DNA of 64,000 bases from an uncultured Thermoplasmata archaeon. Lineage in GTDB: Archaea; Thermoplasmatota; Thermoplasmata; RBG-16-68-12. Location of the stretch: positions 768,001 through 832,000 of the forward strand of contig CAVYJM010000006.1 in the NCBI GenBank assembly GCA_963768855.1, read 5' to 3'. The notes beneath the pieces were generated by a model. The model did no database searches, was not told the DNA's origin, and saw only the letters and a list, made by a program, of their open reading frames with translations. The stretch's first letter is position 1. Each line of letters begins with the position of its first letter. A program made the position numbers and the translations under genes. This document shows positions 28,439 through 37,936 of this stretch, piece by piece.

Positions 28439-29347
28439 ATGAGGACCAATTTGTCGTCTGCAAAGAAGACTGTCGTGATCAGCCCGGACGATCCGTTCGT
28501 CGTGATCGGGGAACGGATCAACCCCACGAACCGCAAGAAGCTGGCCGAAGAGCTCCGCCGGTTCGACTACACGCGGGTGAAGGCCGACGCGTTGGCCCAG
28601 GTTGCGGCCGGCGCCCAGGTCGTGGATGTGAACTGCGGCGTGCCCGGGGCCGACGAGCCCGCGATCCTCAAAGGCGCCGTGGAAGTCCTCCAGGCCACGA
28701 TCGACGCCCCGTTGTCCCTTGACTCCTCCGTCGTGGAGGCGCTCGAGACCGCCCTCCCCGCGTACAAGGGGAAGGCGCTGATCAACTCGGTGACGGGCGA
28801 CGATCGCCTCCTGGACCGCCTCCTCCCGGTGGTCAAGAAGCACAATGCCGCGGTGATCGGCATCACGCACGACGAGTCCGGGATCAAGAACGATTCGAAG
28901 GCCCGGCTCGCGGTCGCCGAGAAGATCGTGAAGCGAGCGATGGAGCACGGGATCCCGAAGGAGGACGTGATCATCGACCCCATCTGCATGCCCATCGGCG
29001 CGAACACGAAGCTCGGCGCGATCACGCTGGATACGATCCGGCTGGTGAGGCAGGAGCTCGGGGTCAACATCTCCATCGGAGCGGGCAATGTCGGCTTTGG
29101 CCTGCCCGACCGGCCGACCCAGACTGCCGCGATCATCCTGCTCGGGATGTCCTTGGGGCTCACCGCCTCGATCGCGAACCCGCTCGAGCACGAGATCTAC
29201 CGCGCGGTGCTCGCCGGGGACCTCATGATGGGCCGGGACTCGTTCGGCATGAAGTGGATGGGCTACTACCGCAAGCGCGAGGCGGAGGCCAAGGCCGCCG
29301 CCGCGGCGGCGGGAGCAGCCGCGGAGCCGCCGAAACCCGTCGCGTGA
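28439..29347 (+). CDS. Methyltetrahydrofolate:corrinoid methyltransferase (AcsE/MtqA-like pterin-binding barrel)
   Basis: VIGERINPT, DVNCG, SLDSS, LINSV, IIDP, GNVGFGLP. Confidence 0.88.
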   Translation: MRTNLSSAKKTVVISPDDPFVVIGERINPTNRKKLAEELRRFDYTRVKADALAQVAAGAQVVDVNCGVPGADEPAILKGAVEVLQATIDAPLSLDSSVVEALETALPAYKGKALINSVTGDDRLLDRLLPVVKKHNAAVIGITHDESGIKNDSKARLAVAEKIVKRAMEHGIPKEDVIIDPICMPIGANTKLGAITLDTIRLVRQELGVNISIGAGNVGFGLPDRPTQTAAIILLGMSLGLTASIANPLEHEIYRAVLAGDLMMGRDSFGMKWMGYYRKREAEAKAAAAAAGAAAEPPKPVA

Positions 29348-29429
29348 ACGTCGCGCCGGGGCCATCACCCGGGGTCGCCACCGGAAAGGTCTATCTTCCG
29401 GTCCGCGTACGAGGAATCGAGGCGGAGGC

Positions 29430-30785
29430 GTGGCGAAGTCGTCCAAACCCAGGGTCGGCGCGAAGGGCTCGTCCGAGTACTACTGGAAGAAGTACGAGCA
29501 GTACTTCCCGAAGTATTTCTGGGCCGACGAGACGCGGCTCGCGAACATCGTCCTCAAGAGCGCGAAGGGCTCGACGCTCGTCGACATGGACGGCAAGGAG
29601 TACATCGACCTCACGAGCCAATGGTCGACGAACAACCTCGGGAACGTCCATCCGGAGATCCTGGCGGCCACGGTCGACGCGCTCGAGCGGTACGGCTTCC
29701 TGATCTACTTCATGAACCCCCACCTCCCGATGATCGAGCTGGCGGAGAAGCTCCTCGAGATCCGGCCTTCCCCCAACCTCACCCGGGTCTTCCTCGAGCT
29801 CTCCGGAACCGGAGCGTCCGAGGCCGCCGTCAAGCACGCAATCGAGGGCACGCATCGCCCGCTGATCCTGAGCTTCATGGGCCAGTACCACGGCCTGAGC
29901 ATCGGGGCGACCGCCTTCGGGAGCTTGGGCGCGCGGTGGCGGCGATACTGGGAGGCGTTCTCCGGGGGAGCCGTCCACGCCCCCTATCCGCGGCCCTATC
30001 GCAAGCCGGAAGGGATGACGGACGCGGAGTACGGCGACTTCTGCCTCACGTTCCTGGAGGACCAGATCCTCCGCTATGTTGCGCATCCCGAGCGGATCGC
30101 GGGCCTCATCCTCGAGCCCGTGGCGCTCGAGGCCGGGGTCTGGATTCCGCCCGTCAACTTCGTGCGCGGGCTGAAGAAGCTGGCAGAGCAGTACGATTGG
30201 TTCTTCATCGCGGACGAGGTCGAGGCGGGACTCGGCCGTTGCGGGAAGATGTGGAGTATCGAGCACTTCGGCGTGTCTCCGGACATGATCTCGATCGGCA
30301 AGGCGCTCGGCGGCGGCCTCATGCCCATCTCCGCGGTCCTGGGGACCGACCGCGCGATGAGCGAACACGAGGTCGTCGCGGGGACGACGTTCGGCGGCCA
30401 TCCAGCCGCCTGCGTGGCGGCGAGCACCGCGATCGGCATCATGGTGCGGGACCGCATCGCCGAGAGGTCCGCGCGGCTCGGGGCCAAGGCGCTGAAGCGC
30501 GTGAAGGAGTGGGAGGATCTCCCCCTCGTCGGGGAGGTGCGAGGACTCGGCCTGGCGATCGGGGTCGAGCTCGTCTCGAGCAAGAAGTCGAAGGCCCGTG
30601 CTCTGAAGGCGACGCGATCCGTGTTCTTCGACTGTGTCGAGCACGGTGTCGTCCCGCTCTACGACTATGACATGAACGTTCTGCGAATCCAGCCGCCGCT
30701 CACGATCGAAGAAGCTTATCTGGATCGCGCCCTCGACGTGATGGAGGAATCTCTCCAGCGCGCGTCTCGTCGGGGAGCGGATTAG
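29430..30785 (+). CDS. Class III PLP aminotransferase (GABA/omega-amino acid type)
   Basis: GQYHG, ILEPV, IADEVEAGLGRCG, DMISIGKALGGG, TFGGHP. Confidence 0.9.
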   Translation: MAKSSKPRVGAKGSSEYYWKKYEQYFPKYFWADETRLANIVLKSAKGSTLVDMDGKEYIDLTSQWSTNNLGNVHPEILAATVDALERYGFLIYFMNPHLPMIELAEKLLEIRPSPNLTRVFLELSGTGASEAAVKHAIEGTHRPLILSFMGQYHGLSIGATAFGSLGARWRRYWEAFSGGAVHAPYPRPYRKPEGMTDAEYGDFCLTFLEDQILRYVAHPERIAGLILEPVALEAGVWIPPVNFVRGLKKLAEQYDWFFIADEVEAGLGRCGKMWSIEHFGVSPDMISIGKALGGGLMPISAVLGTDRAMSEHEVVAGTTFGGHPAACVAASTAIGIMVRDRIAERSARLGAKALKRVKEWEDLPLVGEVRGLGLAIGVELVSSKKSKARALKATRSVFFDCVEHGVVPLYDYDMNVLRIQPPLTIEEAYLDRALDVMEESLQRASRRGAD

Positions 30786-32000
30786 GTCTTCCCCTCGTCT
30801 GGGCGGGTTTCTTCAGGCCTTCCGGTGGGGCGGGTCGTAGAATGGCCGCTCGACGACCGTGGCGGGGGCGCGCTTCCGTTCCCACTCGACCTCGACTTCG
30901 ATCTCGAGAGTCGTGCCAAGGTGGGCGTACTCGGAACGTACCGTCGCGATTCCGATGTACTTCTTGAGGGTCGGGGACCAGCAGCCGCTCGTGCCCCAGC
31001 CCACCTGGCGGAAACCGGAGTAGATGGGGACCTTCGACGTCCACGGATCCGACGGCGGGGTGGGAGGCAGCCCCAGGTCGGTGAAGTACTTCGAGGCGGT
31101 CGGCCAGTCGATTTCGATCCCGACGGTCCGACGAGGCACGCCTTGTCGTAGCTCCTGCGCGAGCGCGGGCTTTCCGACGAACGGTCCCTTGTTCATCGAG
31201 ACCGTCCAGTCGAGGCTGAGTTCGAAGGGAGAGTACCGTTGGGCGTCGATCAGCGCGCTCCTCGAGTGGATGTAGTCCACTTCGGCGAGGACGAATCCCG
31301 CCTCGATGCGGCAGACGTCCATGGCCACCTGGCCAGCCAGCTGCATATGGTGCGGTCCGCCGTACTTCATGATCGAGTCGAAGAGCTGCTCGGCCTGGTC
31401 GCGATCGACCCAGACCTCGTAGCCGAGGTCACCCGTGTATCCCGTGCGGGAGATCTCCACGGGGATTCCCTCGATCTTCGCCGTGGTGAATCGGAAGAAC
31501 TTGAGCTTGTCCAGTGCGGAGCCTGCTGCGTCCCGCAGGATGGCCTTCGAGCTGGGTCCCTGGAGGGAAAGCGTCCCGATGTCCTCCGACACATCCTCCA
31601 CGTGGACGTCTAGGCCAATCCCGTTGTCCTCGATCCACTTAAGGCTCGGCTGGGCCGAGGTGAGCCGGAAGCTGCCGTCGCCGTAGTTCCAGATCGTGCC
31701 GTCGTCGACGACCTTCCCCCGGTCGTCGCACCACGGGGTGTAGACGACGTGCCCTTTCGAGAACTTTCGGAGGTCCCGCGTCACGATCTTGTTGAGCACG
31801 CGCTGCGCGTCCTTGCCGTCGATCCGATACTTGTAGAGCGGGGATACGTCGATCAAGCCCGCGGTGTGTCGGATCGCGTAGTACTCCATGTAGGGGACGA
31901 CGGAGTACGAGCTCGCGGAGAGGTAGCCGGACCAGGCCTGCCATTCCCAGCTCTGGCACAGCGGAAATGTCCGCGAGTGAAAGGGTGATCCCTTCAGCAC
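30782..32000 (-). CDS. GcvT-like folate-binding aminomethyltransferase family protein
   Basis: IDVSPLYK, DDGT, SLQGP, ISRTGYTGDLGYE, RIEAG, WSPTL, PFYDP. Confidence 0.88.
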
Positions 32001-32147
32001 GGTTCCTCCTCCCGTCCCGACGTCGCTGGAGCGCTGCTCGCAGGCCCGTCGTCAATCCGTTTTCGGGAAGAGCCGCTCAGGGATAAGCGTTTCGGAGAGC
32101 CGAACTTCGTCTTCGATATCGAACGATAGATAAAATCGGCGGCTTGA

Positions 32148-32162
32148 GAAAAAACGCTATAT
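32148..32162 (+). promoter_or_regulatory. BRE-TATA for the flavoprotein pair
   Basis: GAAAAAACG-CTATAT, about 90 nt upstream of TTG 32249. Confidence 0.55.
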
Positions 32163-32248
32163 CCCGGGGACGGCTTCCCCGCGCAGGGCCGGCGTCTAAC
32201 ACTCGGCCGATGACCGATGGAAGCGAGCCTTGGGGAGGAGGACGGGAA

Positions 32249-33847
32249 TTGCAGTCCGGTCAGGCGTACGACGCGATTGTCATCGGCGGAGGGCACAACG
32301 GACTCGTAGCGGCGGCGTACCTCGCGCGTGCCGGCAAGAAAGTCCTCGTCCTGGAGCGCCGCCACCTCGTCGGTGGTGCGGCGGTCACGGAGGAGGTCTT
32401 CCCCGGATTCAAGTTCACGGTCTGCTCGTACGTTTGCTCCATGTTGCGGCCCGCGGTGATCCGCGAGCTCGAGCTGCCGAGATTCGGCCTGACCGTGATC
32501 CCCCAGGAATGCAACTTCATCCCTTCTCGAGACGGCCGGTACCTGTTCTACCGTGGGGACGAGGAGGACACCCACAACGCGGTCCTCGCCTTTTCGAAGC
32601 ACGACGCGGAAGCCCTGCCCCGCTACGACGCCCTGATGGTGCGCCTCTGCAAGTTCATCCAGCCGCTCCTCGACATGGCCCCGCCGGATCTCGCCTCGTT
32701 CCATCCGAACGAGCTGCGGAAGCTGATGAAGCTCGCCGCGCCCCTCCAGGAGCTGTCCGAGGAGGAGGTCTACGAGTTCGCCCGCGTGATGACGATGAGC
32801 GCCGCGGATTACCTCGACGAGTGGTTCGAGGGTGATCTCCTCAAGGCAGCGTTGTGCGCGAGCGGGATCATCGGGACGCTCCTGGGCCCCCGGTCTCCCG
32901 GGACGGCCTACGTGCTCCTCCATCACTCCATGGGGGAGATCGACGGAGCGTACCGGTCCTGGGGGTACGTCCGCGGGGGGATGGGCGCGCTGAGTGCGTC
33001 GATCGCGGCGTCCGCAACCCATCTCGGGGCGAACATCCGCACGAACGCGGAGGTGCGTCAGGTCCTCGTCCAGAACGGACGCGCGGTGGGTGTGGAGCTC
33101 GCCACGGGCGAGAGGCTTCATTCGCGGGTCGTCCTCTCGGACTGCGACCCGAAGCGGACCTTCCTGAAGTTCCTGGACCCTCAGACCCTGCCCGAGGACT
33201 TCGTCCGCGGTATCCGGAACTTCAACATCGAAGGGTCCTCCGGGAAGGTCAACATCGCCCTCGACTCGTTCCCCGACTTCAAAGTCCTCCCGGGCTACGG
33301 CCCCCATCTCCAGGGAGACGTGACGATCGGGGACAGCATGGACTACATGGAGAAGGCCTACGAGGACGCGAAGTACGGTGACTTCTCGCACCGCCCTTAC
33401 ATCGACATGTGCATCCCCTCGACCCTCGATCCCACGATCGCGCCTCCGGGCAAGCACGTCATGTCCAACTTCGTCCAGTACGCGCCGTACCATCTCCGGA
33501 AGGGTACCTGGCCCGATCGCCGGGAAGAGTTCGGAGAGACGGTGATCGACACGATCGAGGAGCACGTCCCGAAGATTCGCGAGATCATGGTGGGCAAGCA
33601 GGTCCTGAGCCCCTGGGACCTGGAGCAGGAGTTCGGGCTCACGGGGGGCAACATCTTCCACGGCGAGTTGACGCCGAACCAGCTCCTGTTCTTCCGACCC
33701 GTGCCCGGGTGGGCCCAGTACCGGACGCCGGTCAAGGCGCTCTACCTGTGCGGCTCCGGGGCCCACCCCGGCGGCGGTGTGATGGGCGCGCCGGGACGGA
33801 ACGCCGTGATCGAGGTCCTGAAGGACATGACCCTGAGGCGGGTGTGA
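32249..33847 (+). CDS. FAD-dependent oxidoreductase, phytoene desaturase/PYROXD2-like (copy 2)
   Basis: GGGHNGLVAA, GGAAVTEE, GGNIFHGE, LYLCGSGAHPGGGVMG; TTG after GGAGGAGG. Confidence 0.9.
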   Translation: MQSGQAYDAIVIGGGHNGLVAAAYLARAGKKVLVLERRHLVGGAAVTEEVFPGFKFTVCSYVCSMLRPAVIRELELPRFGLTVIPQECNFIPSRDGRYLFYRGDEEDTHNAVLAFSKHDAEALPRYDALMVRLCKFIQPLLDMAPPDLASFHPNELRKLMKLAAPLQELSEEEVYEFARVMTMSAADYLDEWFEGDLLKAALCASGIIGTLLGPRSPGTAYVLLHHSMGEIDGAYRSWGYVRGGMGALSASIAASATHLGANIRTNAEVRQVLVQNGRAVGVELATGERLHSRVVLSDCDPKRTFLKFLDPQTLPEDFVRGIRNFNIEGSSGKVNIALDSFPDFKVLPGYGPHLQGDVTIGDSMDYMEKAYEDAKYGDFSHRPYIDMCIPSTLDPTIAPPGKHVMSNFVQYAPYHLRKGTWPDRREEFGETVIDTIEEHVPKIREIMVGKQVLSPWDLEQEFGLTGGNIFHGELTPNQLLFFRPVPGWAQYRTPVKALYLCGSGAHPGGGVMGAPGRNAVIEVLKDMTLRRV

Positions 33848-33848
33848 C

Positions 33849-35436
33849 GATGCAGGCCGCCTACGATGTCGTCGTGATCGGTGGGGGCCACAACGGCCTG
33901 GTCGCGGCGTCCTACCTCGCCCGCGCGGGTCGACGCGTGCTCGTCCTCGAGCAGCGAGCCTCCGTCGGCGGCGCGGTCACCACGGAAGAGATCCGCCCCG
34001 GGTTCCGGGCGCCGACCGGCGCGGCCGTGTGCGGCCTCTTCCGTCACGAGATCATCGATGACCTCGAGCTGATCCGCCACGGGCTTGCGTTCGTCCCGTT
34101 CGACCCCGCCTCCGTCGTGCTCGGGGAGGGAGGGAGGGCGCTGCCCCTCTGGCATGACATACGCAGGGCCCAGCTCGAGATTGCCAAATTCTCCCCCGCA
34201 GACGCGGCCGCCTATCCTCGGTTCCGCGCCCTGATGGCCCAAGTGGCCCGCGTGCTCGATCCGTTGATGCTGTCGATCCCGCTCAGCATCGCGGACCCAA
34301 CCATCGCGGACGGGTGGTTCCTGCTCGGCCGCGCCTTGAGGCTCCGCCGCCTCGGACGCGACACGATGTACGAGTTCCTGAGGATGCCGCCGATGTCCCT
34401 CCACGACTACCTCGGGGAATGGTTCGAGGACGAGACGCTCAAGGCCGGTCTCTCCGTCGACTCCCTCTTCGGGATGTTCCGGGGCCCTTGGTCTCCGGGC
34501 ACCGCGTTCGGGTTGATCCACCACTTCCTCGTGGATGCGAACGGCGGGAGGTGGGCCTTCATCCGAGGCGGGAGCGCGACCCTGTCGAACGCGCTGGCCT
34601 CCGCGGCCCAGGCCCACGGCGTCACGATTCGCACGAACGCGGAGGTCCGGCACATCCTCAGCCCGGACGGCCGCGCGACGGGCGTGGAGCTGGCAAACGG
34701 CGAGACGGTCCTCGCGCGGGCGGTCGTCTCCACCGCCGATCCGAAGAAGACCTTCCTGGCCCTGGCCGACCCGCTCATCCTGGGGGCCGATTTCCAGATC
34801 CGCGTGAAGAACTACAACTCGGAGGGCTGCGTCTCGAAGGTGAACATCGCCTTGGACGCGGCGCCCCGGATGCCCGCGGTGGGCGACGGTCTGGTGCCTC
34901 ACTTCCAGATTGCGCCGTCCATGGAGTACATCGAGCATGCGTACGACGACGCGAAGCATGGGGACGTATCCGCGTCTCCCTTCCTCGACGTGGTCGTTCC
35001 CACGGCCGTCGACCCGAGCCTCGCGCCCCCGGGGAAGCACATCCTCTCCATCCTCGTGCAGTACACGCCCTATCATCTGAAGAAGGGGAGCTGGGCGGAC
35101 CGGCGCGGGGATCTCGGCGAACGGGTCCTCGATCTCCTCCAGCCCCACGTGTCGAACGTCCGCTCCGCGCTCGCCGGGATGGAGGTCCTGACGCCGGCGG
35201 ATCTCGAGACGCGCTTCGGCCTGACGGGCGGTCACATCTTCCACGGCGAGATGACGCTCGACCAGCAGTTCGTGCTCCGCCCCGTCCCGGGGTGGGGCCG
35301 GTATCGCACGCCGATCCCCGGACTCTATCTCGCCGGATCGGGAAGCCACCCGGGAGGCGGCGTGACCGGGGCGCCCGGGTACAACGGCGCCCAGGCGGTC
35401 CTCGAGGATTGGGCCTCCATCGTCCGGGGGAGCTGA
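33849..35436 (+). CDS. FAD-dependent oxidoreductase, phytoene desaturase/PYROXD2-like (copy 3)
   Basis: GGGHNGLVAA, GGHIFHGE, LYLAGSGSHPGGGVTG; starts 1 nt after the copy 2 stop. Confidence 0.9.
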
Positions 35437-35438
35437 AC

Positions 35439-36584
35439 CTACTTGGGCCGCTCGATGATTGTCGCGAGGCCCATGCCGAACCCGATGCAGAGCACGGCCA
35501 GGCCGTAGTGGAGATCCTGCCGCTCCATCTCGTGGAGCATTGTCGTGATCAGGCGAGCACCGCTCATCCCGAGCGGGTGTCCGAGGGCGATTGCACCGCC
35601 GTTTACGTTGAGCTTCGCGGCGTCGAAGCCGATCTCGTTCCGGGTGGCGAGGGGCACGCTCGCGAATGCCTCGTTCACCTCCCAGATATCGATGTCGTCT
35701 ACCGTGAGTTCCGCCTTCGCGAGGGCCTTTCGCGCGGCCGGAATCGGCGCGTCGAGCATGATCGTCGGGCTCGTACCCGCGACACCTGTGGCCACGAACC
35801 GCGCGCGGGGCTCGAGCTTGAGCTCCTTCGCCTTCTCCGGGTTCGTGACCAGGATGGCGCACGCGCCGTCGTTAATGCCGCTGGAGTTGGCGGCCGTGAT
35901 GCGACCGTCCTCCTTGAATGCGGGAGGGAGGGACTTGATCTTCTCGAGGGTCGTGTTCCGCCGAGGGTGTTCGTCCGTGTCGAACATTCGCTTGTTCCCG
36001 CTCTCGTCGACCACGGGTACGGGCACGATCTCACGCTTGAAGCGGCCCTCGTCGATCGCGCGGATAGCCTTCATATGCGAGTGGTAGGAGAACTCGTCCA
36101 TCTGGTCGCGCGTGATGTGGTACTTGTCCGCGACGAGGTCAGCGGAGATACCCTGCATGACGATGTCGTACTTGTCGAGGAGCTGCTGACTGAGTTCGCC
36201 CATGTCGGAGCCCAAGGGGACGCGGGACATGGATTCCACACCGCCGCCGATGACGATGTCGTTCTGTCCAGTCATGACCTCCATGCAGGCGTCGTTGAAG
36301 GCCTGCAGTCCGGAGGCGCACATCCGGTTCACGCTGTTGCCCGGGACCGTGTCCGGGAAGCCGGCGATGAGCGGCGCTAGGCGCCCGATGTTTCCACCCT
36401 GGTCGGCGACCTGGGTCACGCAACCCAGGGTGACGTCCTCGATGAGCTTGGGCTCGATCCCCGCGCGGTCTACGACTTCCCGCAGGACATAAGCGGCGAG
36501 GTCGTCGGGCCGCCAGTCTTTCAGGGATCCCCCTCGCTTGCCGATCGCTGTACGGACCGCGCCCACAATCACTGCGTCAGGCAT
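35439..36584 (-). CDS. Acetyl-CoA C-acyltransferase (thiolase)
   Basis: VNRMCASG, EVNEAFA, GHPLGMSG, LCIGFGMG. Confidence 0.93.
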   Translation of the reverse strand: MPDAVIVGAVRTAIGKRGGSLKDWRPDDLAAYVLREVVDRAGIEPKLIEDVTLGCVTQVADQGGNIGRLAPLIAGFPDTVPGNSVNRMCASGLQAFNDACMEVMTGQNDIVIGGGVESMSRVPLGSDMGELSQQLLDKYDIVMQGISADLVADKYHITRDQMDEFSYHSHMKAIRAIDEGRFKREIVPVPVVDESGNKRMFDTDEHPRRNTTLEKIKSLPPAFKEDGRITAANSSGINDGACAILVTNPEKAKELKLEPRARFVATGVAGTSPTIMLDAPIPAARKALAKAELTVDDIDIWEVNEAFASVPLATRNEIGFDAAKLNVNGGAIALGHPLGMSGARLITTMLHEMERQDLHYGLAVLCIGFGMGLATIIERPK

Positions 36585-36682
36585 CGACTTCCCTGGGTAT
36601 CTCGATGGGCCGGGCGAGATAAGAAGGTTCGCCAGACCCCCGCGGGGAAGGTTCAAGTCTCGCGGTCGGATTCAGCGGCGAG

Positions 36683-37867
36683 ATGCCCGCGCCCCTCGAA
36701 GGTCTCCTCATCCTGGACTTCACCCGCCTCCTTCCCGGCCCGTTCGCGACGCAGCTCCTGTGCAACCTCGGAGCTGACGTGATCAAGATCGAGGACCCCA
36801 ACCTCGGCGACTACATGCGGACGGTTCCACCCTCCATCCAGGGTATCTCCTACGCCTACCTCATGGTGAACCGCGGGAAGAGATCGCTCTCCATCGACCT
36901 CAAGATGAAGGAGGGCCGGGAGATCCTCTACAAGCTCGTTCCGAAGGCGGACATCGTGATGGAGCAGTTCCGGGCCGGTGTCATGAAGAAGCTGGGCGCT
37001 GATTACGCGACGCTCTCGAAGCTGAACCGGAAGCTCATCTACTGTGCCTTCTCGGGTTACGGGCAGACCGGGCCCGCGAAGGACGTACCCGGGCACGACA
37101 TCACCTTCGACGCCCATGCAGGCATTCTCGGGGTGAGCGGCGACCACCGTGGCCGCCCTGCCATTCCGGGCGTGCCGATGGCCGACCTGGCCAGCGGCTT
37201 CAATGCCGCTATGTCGGTCCTGGTGGCCCTACGGACCCGCGACAAGACCGGAAAGGGCGAGTTCATCGACGTCTCTATCTTCGACACAGCGGTCAGCCTC
37301 ATGGTCCTGAACCTGGCGCGGTTCCTCGCCACCGGAGAGGAACCCGTCGCGGGAGAGACCCTGCTCACAGGCTCGTTCCCCTTCTACAATCTCTATGAGG
37401 CCTCGGATGGCGGTTGGCTCGCGGTGGCCGTCGTTGAACCCAAGTTCTGGCAGAAGATGTGCGAGCTCCTCGGAGCGCCCGAACTGAAAGAGGCGCAATT
37501 CGCCGATGAGCGGGAGAAGACGCGGGTCCTGACGACCCTGCGATCTCGGTTCCGCTCGAAGACGAGAGCAGAGTGGGAGGCCCTGTTCACGGAGGCGAAC
37601 CTGCCCATCGTCGGCGTCAAGACCGTCGCTGAACTCGTGAGGGATCCGCAGGTGAAAGCGCGCGAGCTGCTGCCAGTCGTCGACGTGCCAGGTCTCTGGA
37701 AGATGCCGGTGATCGGGCATCCGGCGAAGCACACGGTTTCCTCGACGCGGAACCCGGCCCGCGCGCCCGCGAAGGGCGAGGACACGGAGGAGATCCTCCG
37801 CTCCCTGGGGTACACGCCGAAGCAGATTGCCTCTCTCGCAAAGAAGGGCGTCATCGCGTTGGGATAG
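36683..37867 (+). CDS. CaiB/BaiF family III CoA-transferase
   Basis: LDFTRLLPGP, GADVIKIE, NRGKRS, GHDIT, PMADLASG. Confidence 0.92.
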   Translation: MPAPLEGLLILDFTRLLPGPFATQLLCNLGADVIKIEDPNLGDYMRTVPPSIQGISYAYLMVNRGKRSLSIDLKMKEGREILYKLVPKADIVMEQFRAGVMKKLGADYATLSKLNRKLIYCAFSGYGQTGPAKDVPGHDITFDAHAGILGVSGDHRGRPAIPGVPMADLASGFNAAMSVLVALRTRDKTGKGEFIDVSIFDTAVSLMVLNLARFLATGEEPVAGETLLTGSFPFYNLYEASDGGWLAVAVVEPKFWQKMCELLGAPELKEAQFADEREKTRVLTTLRSRFRSKTRAEWEALFTEANLPIVGVKTVAELVRDPQVKARELLPVVDVPGLWKMPVIGHPAKHTVSSTRNPARAPAKGEDTEEILRSLGYTPKQIASLAKKGVIALG

Positions 37868-37936
37868 GGAGGAGATTTGCGGCCGCGGTGCGTGTCGCGG
37901 GCACGCGAATCCCCGTGACCTGCGCGAGGCGCCGTT

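Noticed and set aside
28439-29347. Dihydropteroate synthase
   Set aside because: GERIN and GNVGFGLP motifs plus the corrinoid/MTHFR context fit a methyltransferase pterin domain better
30782-32000. Glycine cleavage system T protein
   Set aside because: No gcvH or gcvP nearby; the context suggests another GcvT-fold role
14685-35436. Methylotrophic methanogenesis
   Set aside because: No mcr, mtr or CoM methyltransferase here and the acceptor module is folate-type; only the whole genome can exclude it
20978-35436. Carotenoid biosynthesis role for the CrtI-like genes
   Set aside because: No phytoene synthase, cyclase or prenyltransferase nearby
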